Assembly (NCBI GenBank): GCA_051859245.1
Contig: JBHYGA010000004.1
Location: 256,001-320,000 of the forward strand
Length of the DNA: 64,000 bases
Reading direction: 5' to 3'
Origin: Gemmatimonadaceae bacterium
Lineage (GTDB): Bacteria > Gemmatimonadota > Gemmatimonadetes > Gemmatimonadales > Gemmatimonadaceae
Below the pieces are notes generated by a model. It was not told where the DNA came from, ran no database searches, and saw nothing but the letters and a program-made list of their open reading frames with translations. The position numbers and the translations under genes are program-made. This document shows, one piece after another, positions 48,095 to 57,163 of this stretch (the stretch's first letter is position 1; every line of letters starts with the position of its first letter).

Positions 48095-49399
48095 GTGCCC
48101 GATCCCACCGCTCCCGAACCACTCAAGCGCGAGCTCACTCGCGTTGCCCTCGCCGCTCTGGCGCTGAACAGCATGATCGGCGCCGGCATTTTCGGATTGC
48201 CAGCCGGCGCGGCCAAGCTCACCGGGCTCTTCAGTCCGGTCTTGTTTCTGATCTGTGGCCTGCTCATGGCCACACTCATGCTCAGCTTCGCGCAGGCCGC
48301 GAGCTACTTCCAGGGCACCGGTGGACCGCTGCTCTATGCCAACACCGCGTTTGGTCCGTTCGTGGGATTTCAGACCGGTTGGTTGCTCTACGTTGGACGC
48401 GCCACCGCACTGGCCGCGAATGCGAATCTGCTGGCCACCTACCTCGGTAACTACATCACCGCGGTCAACGATGGCGTGGGACGCATGCTGGTGATTGTCG
48501 GCATCGGTGTGCTGTTCGCGTGGCTCAATGTGACGGGCGTCAAACAGGGCATGGGCGCGATTCTCGCGATCAGCGTGCTCAAGTTTGTACCGCTGGTTGT
48601 CTTTGTACTCATGGGACTCACCTACGTGCGTCCTGAAATGTTTGCAGGCGCAACAATCCCGAGCTTTGGCACGCTCGGTGAAGCGGCACTGCTCGTGTTC
48701 TACGCGTTTGTTGGTTTTGAAGGCGCGCTCGTTCCCGCAGGCGAATCCAAAGATCCAAGACGTGATTTGCCCGTTGCACTACTCGCCACCGCGGTTGGTG
48801 GCACGCTGCTGTACGTAGGCATTCAGGTGGTGAGTGTGGCGCTCACACCGGATCTTGCAAGCTCCACACGTCCACTCGCCGACGCCGCCGCGATCTTCAT
48901 GGGCTCATTTGGCGTGGCCATGATTTCGTTTGCAGCGATCGCCTCAAGCCTTGGCAACTTTGCGTCGTCAGTGCTCGCGGCACCTCGCATGACGTACGCG
49001 CTCGCTCGCGAAGGTTCACTGCCAGCCATTCTCGGCACCGTGCATCCGCGCTACAAAACACCGCACATCTCCATTCTGCTGTTTCTTACGCTTGGCGTGT
49101 CACTCGGTATTGCGGGTACCTTCACGCAGCTCGCCGTGATGAGTTCGCTGGCGCGATTGGTAGGCTACACCACGAGTCTCGCCGCACTGCCAAAACTGCG
49201 TCGCATGTTCGGACATGAACCGCAGGCCATGCAGTTGCCTGGCGGTTATCTCATTCCGGGCGCGGGCCTCGCGATCTGTGTCTGGCTCATGCTCCAGGTG
49301 CAATTTGAAGCCGTCTGGAAAACGGCCGCGCTGATCGCGTTTGGTACTGTGCTGTATCTGATTGCCCGGGCCACCGCGTCGCGCACTGCGGCGCAGTAA
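48095..49399 (+). CDS. APC-family amino acid permease
   Basis: IGAGIFGLP, YAFVGFE, GE.K.P.R; about 12 TMs. Confidence 0.92.
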   Translation: MPDPTAPEPLKRELTRVALAALALNSMIGAGIFGLPAGAAKLTGLFSPVLFLICGLLMATLMLSFAQAASYFQGTGGPLLYANTAFGPFVGFQTGWLLYVGRATALAANANLLATYLGNYITAVNDGVGRMLVIVGIGVLFAWLNVTGVKQGMGAILAISVLKFVPLVVFVLMGLTYVRPEMFAGATIPSFGTLGEAALLVFYAFVGFEGALVPAGESKDPRRDLPVALLATAVGGTLLYVGIQVVSVALTPDLASSTRPLADAAAIFMGSFGVAMISFAAIASSLGNFASSVLAAPRMTYALAREGSLPAILGTVHPRYKTPHISILLFLTLGVSLGIAGTFTQLAVMSSLARLVGYTTSLAALPKLRRMFGHEPQAMQLPGGYLIPGAGLAICVWLMLQVQFEAVWKTAALIAFGTVLYLIARATASRTAAQ

Positions 49400-49495
49400 A
49401 GCACGCAGTGAGCTGGAGCGCAGAGGTCACTCCGGATCGTACGCTGAGCTCGCGCTGAGATCGTACAGTTCAATCGCACTGTCAGCGGTGCAGAT

Positions 49496-49876
49496 TCATC
49501 GCAGCAACGTCTGCGCAAACGCGTGGTCGCTCGGCGCGAGCGGATACGTCAGCAGCTCATGCGCCGCAATCCACGCCAGCTGCTCATGCTCCATCGCGTG
49601 CGGCTCACCATCGATCTCCGCGTCAACAAACGTGATCTCGAACACACTTGCACCATCGCGTTGAACGAATCGTTCGGCGCCGAGTGCAACGAGCGTCACC
49701 CCAAGCTCTTCGCGCAGCTCACGTGCCAGCGCATCGTAGTCAGACTCGCCCGCTTCCACTTTGCCACCCGGAAACTCCCACTGTCCCGCGTGTCGTTTTC
49801 CTGCGGGACGAAGCCCGAGCAGGTATTGTTCATGACGCACAATGACTGCGGCAAGCACGCGCACCGTTGCTGACAT
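49496..49876 (-). CDS. MutT-like NUDIX hydrolase
   Basis: WEFPGGKVEAGES...ALARELREELG. Confidence 0.9.
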   Translation of the reverse strand: MSATVRVLAAVIVRHEQYLLGLRPAGKRHAGQWEFPGGKVEAGESDYDALARELREELGVTLVALGAERFVQRDGASVFEITFVDAEIDGEPHAMEHEQLAWIAAHELLTYPLAPSDHAFAQTLLR

Positions 49877-49913
49877 CCGGACATCCTGACCGTTAGGGAG
49901 CGAATAAACTACC

Positions 49914-50747
49914 ATGACTCAGCATGAACTTGCGGCGCAGTTCCGCGCCATGCACGCGGCCTCACCGATCCTGATTTTACCCAACGCCTGGGATCCCATG
50001 AGCGCGCGTCTTGTGGAAGAAGCCGGCGCGCGTGCGATTGCAACAACCAGCGCTGGTGTATCGTGGGCGCTTGGTTACCCAGACGGTCAGGGACTCTCAC
50101 GTGACGCGATGGCCAACGCGGTGCAGCGCATTGTGCAGAGTGTCCGCATTCCCGTCACCGCCGATATGGAGCGCGGTTACGGCAATGGCACGCCGGAAGA
50201 TATTGCGCTCACGGTGCGCGCCGTAGCGGACGCAGGCGCCGTTGGTGTGAACTTCGAAGACTCACCCGGTGCCGACGGGGCGCTGCTAAGTGATGCGAGT
50301 CTGCAAGCCGAACGCTTTGCGGCGGCCCGTGAAGCCGCCGCGGCGTCTGGTGTGGATGTGTTTATCAATGCTCGAATTGATACGTACGTAAAAAAGTTCG
50401 GCAACGACACCGAACGTTTTGATGAAACCGTGCGACGCGCACAACGCTACGTGGCCGCCGGCGCAGACGGTGTCTTCGTTCCGCTCGCAACAGAGCCAGA
50501 TGTGATTCGCCGACTTGCCGAAGCGGTTGGCGCACCGCTCAATGTGATTGGCGGTCCGGGCACGCCCACGATTCCCGAGTTGCAGGCGTTAGGCGTGGCG
50601 CGTGTAAGCGTGGGACCCGGTCTGGCGCGCAGCATCATGGCGCATATTCGCAGCGCAACACAGGAACTGCTCGGCGCAGGCACGTACAACGGTATTTACG
50701 AACAGATTCCGTCACCCGAAGCGAACGCGTTGTTCAAGGCGCGGTAA
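49914..50747 (+). CDS. Isocitrate lyase / PEP mutase family protein
   Basis: PNAWD, ATTSAG, PVTADMERGYG, GVNFED, INARID. Confidence 0.92.
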   Translation: MTQHELAAQFRAMHAASPILILPNAWDPMSARLVEEAGARAIATTSAGVSWALGYPDGQGLSRDAMANAVQRIVQSVRIPVTADMERGYGNGTPEDIALTVRAVADAGAVGVNFEDSPGADGALLSDASLQAERFAAAREAAAASGVDVFINARIDTYVKKFGNDTERFDETVRRAQRYVAAGADGVFVPLATEPDVIRRLAEAVGAPLNVIGGPGTPTIPELQALGVARVSVGPGLARSIMAHIRSATQELLGAGTYNGIYEQIPSPEANALFKAR

Positions 50748-50791
50748 ACACCGCGCTCATTGCGAGCGCGGCGCGGCTGTGGCCCCGCGGT

Positions 50792-51382
50792 TCAGCGCGC
50801 CACGCACGCCATACCGGCCCACAAATCCGTAATCTTCGCGCTCGCGGACCCGGACTCCAGAATGCCCTGGAGTCCGCCCGCCATGAACTCCATGCCGAGC
50901 GTGCTCTGCTCGATTGTGGCCGCGTACACGCCTTCAAGCTCGGCCCGGGTTGCACCCAGTCCCACGTTGCTCATGGTGCGCAGCGTATCCGCACCCGCGC
51001 GCACTGTCCAGCCGAGAAACTGTTCCTTCTGCAGCACGATCTGCAGCCCGTTGGCGAACGACACAAACTCCACCGGGCCGGCGCCACACTCTTCGTTCGT
51101 GCCGCGCTCGACGACAGCGCCCGCGACCGCCGTGAGCATGTCGATCGCCGATGCCGCAGCTGTGCCGAAGCCGATGGCGCGCGTCGAACCCGTTTCACTG
51201 TTCACGAGCGTCAGGCCGTCGCCGGAGAGCGCCAACAGTGCGCGCGCTACGGGTGGCGACGAGTCGCCGACGGATTCCGCCACCGCCGGAACGCTGTCCA
51301 CAGCACCGCCATCGGCGGAGGGTTGTTCCGTCTGACAGGCAACGAGCAATAGCGTTAGCGCACAACACACGAAGAGTCTCAT
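50792..51382 (-). CDS. Hypothetical lipoprotein
   Basis: MRLFVCCALTLLLVAC lipobox; ECGAGP and C-terminal AGMAC cysteines. Confidence 0.75.
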   Translation of the reverse strand: MRLFVCCALTLLLVACQTEQPSADGGAVDSVPAVAESVGDSSPPVARALLALSGDGLTLVNSETGSTRAIGFGTAAASAIDMLTAVAGAVVERGTNEECGAGPVEFVSFANGLQIVLQKEQFLGWTVRAGADTLRTMSNVGLGATRAELEGVYAATIEQSTLGMEFMAGGLQGILESGSASAKITDLWAGMACVAR

Positions 51383-51467
51383 AGCCTGAGATGTACCCTC
51401 CAGCACGCGCGTTGGCCACTCGTCTCAACACTCTCACCCGGACGCGCGCTTCGGAGTACAATGGGAG

Positions 51468-53081
51468 ATGCATACTCCCACTGCTCCCCGGTCTCGTGCA
51501 TCGCTCGTTCGGGCGGCGCTGCTGCTCATTGCGTTGCCCATCGCGTTGCCAAGCGCGTCGCTGCTCGCACAACCGGCCTCCGCGCGTCCACTGCACTCCA
51601 TAATTCCGGTACCGGTTGACGTTGACCTCGACGACACGCGCCGATTCACCATCACTGATTCCACCGCGGTGATCATTGCCAGTGATGCCGACCAAGACGT
51701 GGAACGTGTGGGCCGTCAACTCGCGACCATGCTTGGCCCTGGCGCACCGCGCACCGCGCGTCGACTGCCGCCGCGTCTCGATGCACCGCCCGGCGCGATT
51801 CGGTTACATCTGGATCCGGATGACGACGATAGAGGCGCAGAAGGTTACAAACTTGAAATCCGCGCTGAAGGCATCCGTATTGTGGCGCGTGAAGTTGCCG
51901 GCTTGTTCTATGGCGTGCAAACGCTGCGTCAGCTGATGCCACCGGCGATTGAACATCGCGCGGCGCTGACACGAGGTCTCAGTGTGCCACTCGGCACCAT
52001 CACCGATGAGCCGCGCTATCGCTGGCGCGGTGCCATGCTCGATGTCGCGCGTCACTTCCTGCCACTGGACGACGTCAAAAAATACATCGACGTGATGGCG
52101 CTCTACAAACTCAACGTGCTGCACTTGCACCTGGCCGACGATCAAGGCTGGCGCATTGAGATCATGTCACGGCCAAACCTCACCCGACACGGCGGCAGTT
52201 CACAGGTGGGCGGTGGACCAGGCGGCTTCTACACACAGGCGCAGTATTCAGAGCTTGTAGAGTATGCGCAGGCGCGACAGGTCATGATCGTGCCGGAAAT
52301 TGATATGCCTGGTCACACCAATGCGGCGCTGGCCAGTTATCCGGAACTGAATTGCGACGGAGTTGCACCACCGCTGTACACCGGCATTCGCGTGGGCTTC
52401 AGCGCGCTCTGTCCTGGCAAGGAATCCACGTACACGTTTGTCACCGACGTGGTGCGTGAACTCGCCGCGCTCACACCTGGCCCGTATTTGCATCTCGGCG
52501 GCGACGAAGTGGAGAAGCTCACGCACGATGAGTATCTACGCTTCATCGAACGCGTGGAAGGCATTGTGCGCGCAGAGGGCAAGAACATGATCGGGTGGGG
52601 CGAGATTTCGCCGGCCAATCTTGATGCGAGTACGGTGGTGCAGCATTGGCGGAACGACGCGCGTGGCAGTCGCGACTCTTCCTTTCTTCACGCAGCGCGC
52701 GGCGGATCGATCATTCTCTCCCCCGGCAATCGTGTATATCTCGATATGAAATACGACGCGAGCACGGTGCTTGGCCTCAAGTGGGCCGGACTCATTTCCG
52801 TGCGGCACGCGTACTCGTGGGAGCCCGACACGTTTCTCACGGGCGTGCGCGGCGAAGCGGTGCTGGGTGTGGAAGCGCCGCTCTGGGCCGAGACGCTAGA
52901 GAAGCGCAGCGATTATGAGTTTCTCGCCTTTCCGCGTCTCATGGCCGTGGCGGAACTCGGATGGAGTCGCGAGAACAAGCGCAGCTGGGACGGTTTTCGT
53001 GTGCGGCTCGCGGAGCATGGTCCGCGGCTGCAGGCGATTGGTGTGAACTTCTATCGGTCGCCGGAAATTCCGTGGCGATAA
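51468..53081 (+). CDS. Exported GH20 beta-N-acetylhexosaminidase
   Basis: RGAMLDVARHF, HLADDQGWR, PEIDMPGH, HLGGDE, EAPLWAE, FPR. Confidence 0.95.
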   Translation: MHTPTAPRSRASLVRAALLLIALPIALPSASLLAQPASARPLHSIIPVPVDVDLDDTRRFTITDSTAVIIASDADQDVERVGRQLATMLGPGAPRTARRLPPRLDAPPGAIRLHLDPDDDDRGAEGYKLEIRAEGIRIVAREVAGLFYGVQTLRQLMPPAIEHRAALTRGLSVPLGTITDEPRYRWRGAMLDVARHFLPLDDVKKYIDVMALYKLNVLHLHLADDQGWRIEIMSRPNLTRHGGSSQVGGGPGGFYTQAQYSELVEYAQARQVMIVPEIDMPGHTNAALASYPELNCDGVAPPLYTGIRVGFSALCPGKESTYTFVTDVVRELAALTPGPYLHLGGDEVEKLTHDEYLRFIERVEGIVRAEGKNMIGWGEISPANLDASTVVQHWRNDARGSRDSSFLHAARGGSIILSPGNRVYLDMKYDASTVLGLKWAGLISVRHAYSWEPDTFLTGVRGEAVLGVEAPLWAETLEKRSDYEFLAFPRLMAVAELGWSRENKRSWDGFRVRLAEHGPRLQAIGVNFYRSPEIPWR

Positions 53082-53098
53082 ACGCGACTCGCGGGTGA

Positions 53099-53122
53099 GC
53101 GGCACGCCTTGATGCGTGCCGC
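53099..53122. terminator. Hairpin between convergent genes
   Basis: GCGGCACGC-CTTGAT-GCGTGCCGC. Confidence 0.6.
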
Positions 53123-53142
53123 CACGCCGAGTGAATCAGTTG

Positions 53143-55020
53143 TTATTTCGGAATCCTGTACACGAACGGCTGCTGCACCAACTGCTTGACCATCTTGCCC
53201 CCTACTTCGGCCGGAAGGAAGCGAATCTCAGCGAGTGCGGTGCGCGCAGATTCGGTGAAGAGCTCATGATCGGAGCGAAGCACGCGGAACGTGCTGAGAT
53301 CTGCCACACCCGACTCGTCGACAACAAAACTCACGAGCACTTCGCCCTCCACCTCCGCTGCCCGAAGCAATGGCGGATAGACAACTTTCGACTGGCCGGG
53401 GCGCATTGCCGCTGGCTTCTCCACCTGGAACTCAAAGAACGCATCGGCCGGCTTGTTGGCGGCTGACACCTCATCAATCGGGCTTCCAGACGGCAGCCTC
53501 GGAACGGAAATCGCGTACGGCACGAAGCGACGTGGTAGTGTGCGCTTCGCACTATCGGTGCTCACATCAGATGCATCGAGCGGCTGCACGCTTCTCGGCT
53601 GTGATGCCTTGCTGGAACTCGCACCTTGTTGATTCGCCAGGTTGAACACAAACGGCTGCTGCACCAACTGCTTCACACGCTTACCACCAACTTCAGCCGG
53701 CGTGTAGGTGAAGTTTGGCAGCGCCTCGCGCACGGCGTTTGTGAACAGCTCGTGATCTGACTTGAGCACTTTGAACGTGCTCTGATCCACCACACCCTGT
53801 TCGTCTACCACAAAACTTGCCAAGACCGCACCTTCAACCTGCGCGCTGCGCAACATGGGCGGATACTGCATCTTCCCGCCGGTGATCATGGAGACCGGCT
53901 TCTCCACCTGAAACTCGAAGTACGGTTTGGGTTCCGATGACGCCGGAAGCACGACAGCCGTACTTGCACTATCCACACGCGTCTGCACCGCCGATGTTTG
54001 ATTCTGCGGCTCAGGCGCCAGTGCGTTGCCCGGAATTCGCGTCCCACACGCCGCCGCGATCGCGAGCACCGCGCCGCCGCCCAGCGCAAACCGCACCGTA
54101 CGCGATGATTTTTTTACTCCCTGTTGCATGGCCACAATCCTCCGACTCAGATGGGAACGGGATGCGGCCAGCGAACTCGCCAACCGAAGGTGCGACGCGG
54201 GCGCCGCGTGTTGCTGCGTCATGAAAAGCAGCAGTTTTGCGTAGACCAGTGGATCACCGCCGTGTTGCAGCGTGCGCACATCGCAATCAAGTTCGAGCGC
54301 CAGACGCAGTCGCCGCGACAACCACCACACACCGGGATTCCACGGCATCAGCGCCGTAGCAAGCGCCGCGCTCCACACGAACCGTGGGTCACCGGATTCG
54401 CAGTGTTCGCGCTCGTGACGCAACACCAACGTTCGCAGCGGAGCGTCAAGCGCGAGCACCCACTGCGGCAGCACAATGCGTGGAGCGCGCACACCAACAG
54501 ACGCGGGTCCAAACCCCTCGGCGAGCAGCACGTCGTGCTCATCAACTGATGTGCGCGTTGCAGTGCGCGTGAGATCATGAATGCGGCGCGCGGCGAGCAG
54601 CAGTCGCACCAGCAGTACCACGCTCAACAACGCCCACAGCGTCAGCGTTACGGGCACGATCCACGGCACACGCTCGACAAGCGCCAACGACGCACGTTCT
54701 GTTACCAACGGCAGCGTACTCAACGCGTGCGAAGCGCGTTCAATCCAGCTCACGGCTGGTGCGTCGAACGACGCACCAATCGCGGGAGCAAGTGCACCGC
54801 CACGAATTGGCGACGCCACAGGGCTCGCCACCTCTGGCCACAACAAGGGCCGCATGACGGGAACCACAAGCGGCCACGTGACCGCGATGGCGAGCGCCGC
54901 AGCCCACACGCCGCGTGTTGAACGCCGCTGTGCGTATCGCAACCGGTCCACGGCGTAGGCGGCCGCACCAACGCAGAGCGTGAATACGCACGCCATGATC
55001 ATCCAGGAGAGCAGCATCAC
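53143..55020 (-). CDS. BlaR1/MecR1-type M56 peptidase fused to two TonB C-terminal domains
   Basis: TMs, HEREH, PWNP.VW, ELDCD, LSRRI; two YPP.LR.A.VEG.VL.SFVVDE.G...PAEVGGK.VKQLVQQPF domains. Confidence 0.92.
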   Translation of the reverse strand: MMLLSWMIMACVFTLCVGAAAYAVDRLRYAQRRSTRGVWAAALAIAVTWPLVVPVMRPLLWPEVASPVASPIRGGALAPAIGASFDAPAVSWIERASHALSTLPLVTERASLALVERVPWIVPVTLTLWALLSVVLLVRLLLAARRIHDLTRTATRTSVDEHDVLLAEGFGPASVGVRAPRIVLPQWVLALDAPLRTLVLRHEREHCESGDPRFVWSAALATALMPWNPGVWWLSRRLRLALELDCDVRTLQHGGDPLVYAKLLLFMTQQHAAPASHLRLASSLAASRSHLSRRIVAMQQGVKKSSRTVRFALGGGAVLAIAAACGTRIPGNALAPEPQNQTSAVQTRVDSASTAVVLPASSEPKPYFEFQVEKPVSMITGGKMQYPPMLRSAQVEGAVLASFVVDEQGVVDQSTFKVLKSDHELFTNAVREALPNFTYTPAEVGGKRVKQLVQQPFVFNLANQQGASSSKASQPRSVQPLDASDVSTDSAKRTLPRRFVPYAISVPRLPSGSPIDEVSAANKPADAFFEFQVEKPAAMRPGQSKVVYPPLLRAAEVEGEVLVSFVVDESGVADLSTFRVLRSDHELFTESARTALAEIRFLPAEVGGKMVKQLVQQPFVYRIPK

Positions 55021-55427
55021 TCACCCTCCGCTTTGTAGGGCGACTGCTTCTCCGGTGACGACGAGGCGCGGTTCAACTTGCGCGCCAGTCGCGCCAGTTC
55101 CTCGGGCGAGACATCGTGCTGTTCAACCAGCCGCGAGATCAGCGCTTCCGGTGACCCGCCAAACAACTGACTCACCAGTCGCGAGAGCGCGTTCTGCTGC
55201 GCCGCCTGCTGCGCCACGCGCGGATAGTAGCGATGCGCGCGTCCTTCTTCTTCCCGCGTGACGTACTGCTTGGCCTCCAGGTTGCGCAGCACCGTGAGCA
55301 CGGTGGTGTAAGCGAGCGGCACGCCAAGGTGTTCAAGCACCTCGGTCACCGTACCGGAGCCGAGCTCCCAGAGTACGGCCATGACATCGAGTTCCCGCTC
55401 ACCGAGCGGTGTGAGATCAACCACCAT
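55017..55427 (-). CDS. BlaI/MecI/CopY-family repressor
   Basis: GERELDVMAVLW, LAYTTVLTVLRNLEAK, EGRAHRY, LFGGS; GGAGG RBS before ATG 55427. Confidence 0.94.
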   Translation of the reverse strand: MVVDLTPLGERELDVMAVLWELGSGTVTEVLEHLGVPLAYTTVLTVLRNLEAKQYVTREEEGRAHRYYPRVAQQAAQQNALSRLVSQLFGGSPEALISRLVEQHDVSPEELARLARKLNRASSSPEKQSPYKAEGE

Positions 55428-55458
55428 GGGGACAGCCTCCTGTGCTGGACGGCCAATT

Positions 55459-55517
55459 ACTACCTGCATAGTAGTGTGTCACCTTCGGCCGGGTTTGTCA
55501 ACTATTGTCCTAGTAGA
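55459..55517 (-). promoter_or_regulatory. blaI promoter with two operator-like palindromes
   Basis: Minus TTGACA (55501-55496)-17 bp-CACACT (55478-55473); ACTAC-N7-GTAGT (55459-55475) and ACTAT-N7-GTAGA (55501-55517). Confidence 0.7.
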
Positions 55518-55572
55518 CAGCGTCGCCAGACGCGCGGCTAGCGCTTTGCCCCGCCGAGGGGTATTCGTGGGC

Positions 55573-56577
55573 ATGCTCTCCCACACTTCGCGTTCCCGCG
55601 TCTCGGCACGCGCCTTCCGGGCGTGGCTAATCAGCGCCGCAACACTCGGCGCAATTTCGGCAGCCTCTCCGCGCGCCCAATCGCAGGCCGGGACTGCGCC
55701 ACGGACGACGGCACCATCGGCGACAGCCCGGCCGACATCTGCACAGCCGCCACGCGCCGATACGGTCGACATGCGCGGCCGCGTGGCGCTCGTCACCGGT
55801 TCGACAGATGGTCTTGGACGAGAAGTCGCACGCGCGCTCGCCGCGCGAGGCGCCCATGTGATTGTTCACGGTCGCAACGTGGAACGCGGACGTGAGCTGG
55901 TGCAAGAACTCACCGCTGCGCGCGCTGGCAGTGCCCGATTCTTCGCCGCCGATTTTGCGTCACTCGACGCCGTGCGCGCCCTCGCCGATAGCGTGCGTAC
56001 GAATTATCCACGCGTACATCTGCTGGTGAACAACGCCGGTATTCGCCTCGCCGATCGGTCGCCCAAACAAACGAGCGTTGAAGGTCACGAGCTGCACTTC
56101 GCCGTGAACTATCTCGCGGGCTATCTGCTCACCGAGCTGCTGCTCACGCGTCTGCGCGAGAGTGCACCATCGCGCATCGTGTTCGTCGCCTCCCGCACAC
56201 AGCAACCGATCGACTTTGCGAACGTGATGCTCAACGGCAACTACTCCAGCGGACGCGGTTACGCGCAGAGCAAACTGGCGCAGATTATCTACGCGCAGGA
56301 TCTCGCCGAACGTGTAAAGCGCGACAACATCGTGGTGTACGCCGTACACCCGGCCGGCGTCATGAACACCAACATGATGCTCTCAATCGGCGCCACACCG
56401 CGCAGCACCGTGGAACAGGGGCTGGCGTCCACCATGCAGGCGATCACGACAAAGAGCGCACCAAGCGGCACCTACTTTTTCGAATCCACGATCGCCACAC
56501 CAAACGCTCAGGCAGCCGACACCGCCGCAAGACGCCGCCTGCGCGAACTCAGTCAATCACTGACCGGCATTCCGTAA
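55573..56577 (+). CDS. SDR oxidoreductase with signal-like N-terminal extension
   Basis: TGSTDGLG, HGRN, NNAG, FAVNYL, YAQSK, VHP. Confidence 0.88.
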   Translation: MLSHTSRSRVSARAFRAWLISAATLGAISAASPRAQSQAGTAPRTTAPSATARPTSAQPPRADTVDMRGRVALVTGSTDGLGREVARALAARGAHVIVHGRNVERGRELVQELTAARAGSARFFAADFASLDAVRALADSVRTNYPRVHLLVNNAGIRLADRSPKQTSVEGHELHFAVNYLAGYLLTELLLTRLRESAPSRIVFVASRTQQPIDFANVMLNGNYSSGRGYAQSKLAQIIYAQDLAERVKRDNIVVYAVHPAGVMNTNMMLSIGATPRSTVEQGLASTMQAITTKSAPSGTYFFESTIATPNAQAADTAARRRLRELSQSLTGIP

Positions 56578-56602
56578 ACCGGTCCCCTTCCATCTGTTGC
56601 AC

Positions 56603-56625
56603 TTCTTCGCGTCCTTCGCGAAGAA
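56603..56625. terminator. Hairpin between convergent genes, with a motif like the palindromic elements
   Basis: TTCTTCGCG-TCCTT-CGCGAAGAA followed by CAGCAAAAG. Confidence 0.6.
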
Positions 56626-56636
56626 CAGCAAAAGAA

Positions 56637-57131
56637 TTACTGCTCGTCTGCCGACGGTCCATACAATCCCGGCACCGGGATATCGAGTAAGCGCAGATAC
56701 ACCACCAGCTGCGCACGATGATGAATGATGTGGTTGAACACCATGCTGCGCAGACACTGCACACGCGGCATCGACAACAGCACGTGACCACCCTGTCGTA
56801 ACTCCCACGTCACGCTCATCAACTCGTCATTCGTGGCCGCCAGCGCCGCCTTGCCGGCGGTCACGTACTTGTCGAGACGCGCCACCAGCTCCTCAGGCGT
56901 CGAAAATCCTGCCGGCCGGTATTCGCCCTTGGCAAAATCGAGTTCCGTCTTGTTCAGCACCTCGGAAATCCACTGGTGCATCTCGGCCACGTGCACCGCA
57001 AGCGGGCCCAGCGCGAACGACTTCGGATGTGGCTTGAAATCCGCTTTGTCAGCGGGCACCAGGGCCAACACCTTCCGCGTGTTTGATGCTTCGTGCTCGA
57101 GTTCGCCAAGGAACGCGTGATTTTGCCCCAA
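56637..57131 (-). CDS. DinB-family protein
   Basis: FKPHPKS..LG.LA.H, NHIIHHRAQL.VYLR..DIPVPGLYGPSAD; TTG start with GGAG RBS. Confidence 0.9.
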   Translation of the reverse strand: MGQNHAFLGELEHEASNTRKVLALVPADKADFKPHPKSFALGPLAVHVAEMHQWISEVLNKTELDFAKGEYRPAGFSTPEELVARLDKYVTAGKAALAATNDELMSVTWELRQGGHVLLSMPRVQCLRSMVFNHIIHHRAQLVVYLRLLDIPVPGLYGPSADEQ

Positions 57132-57163
57132 GAGAATGCTCCAGTCGTAGTGAGATGGTGTAA

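Noticed and set aside
48000..48100. Selenocysteine in SelO
   Set aside because: The C-terminus is Cys-encoded (TGT) and ends at TAG, with no in-frame TGA.
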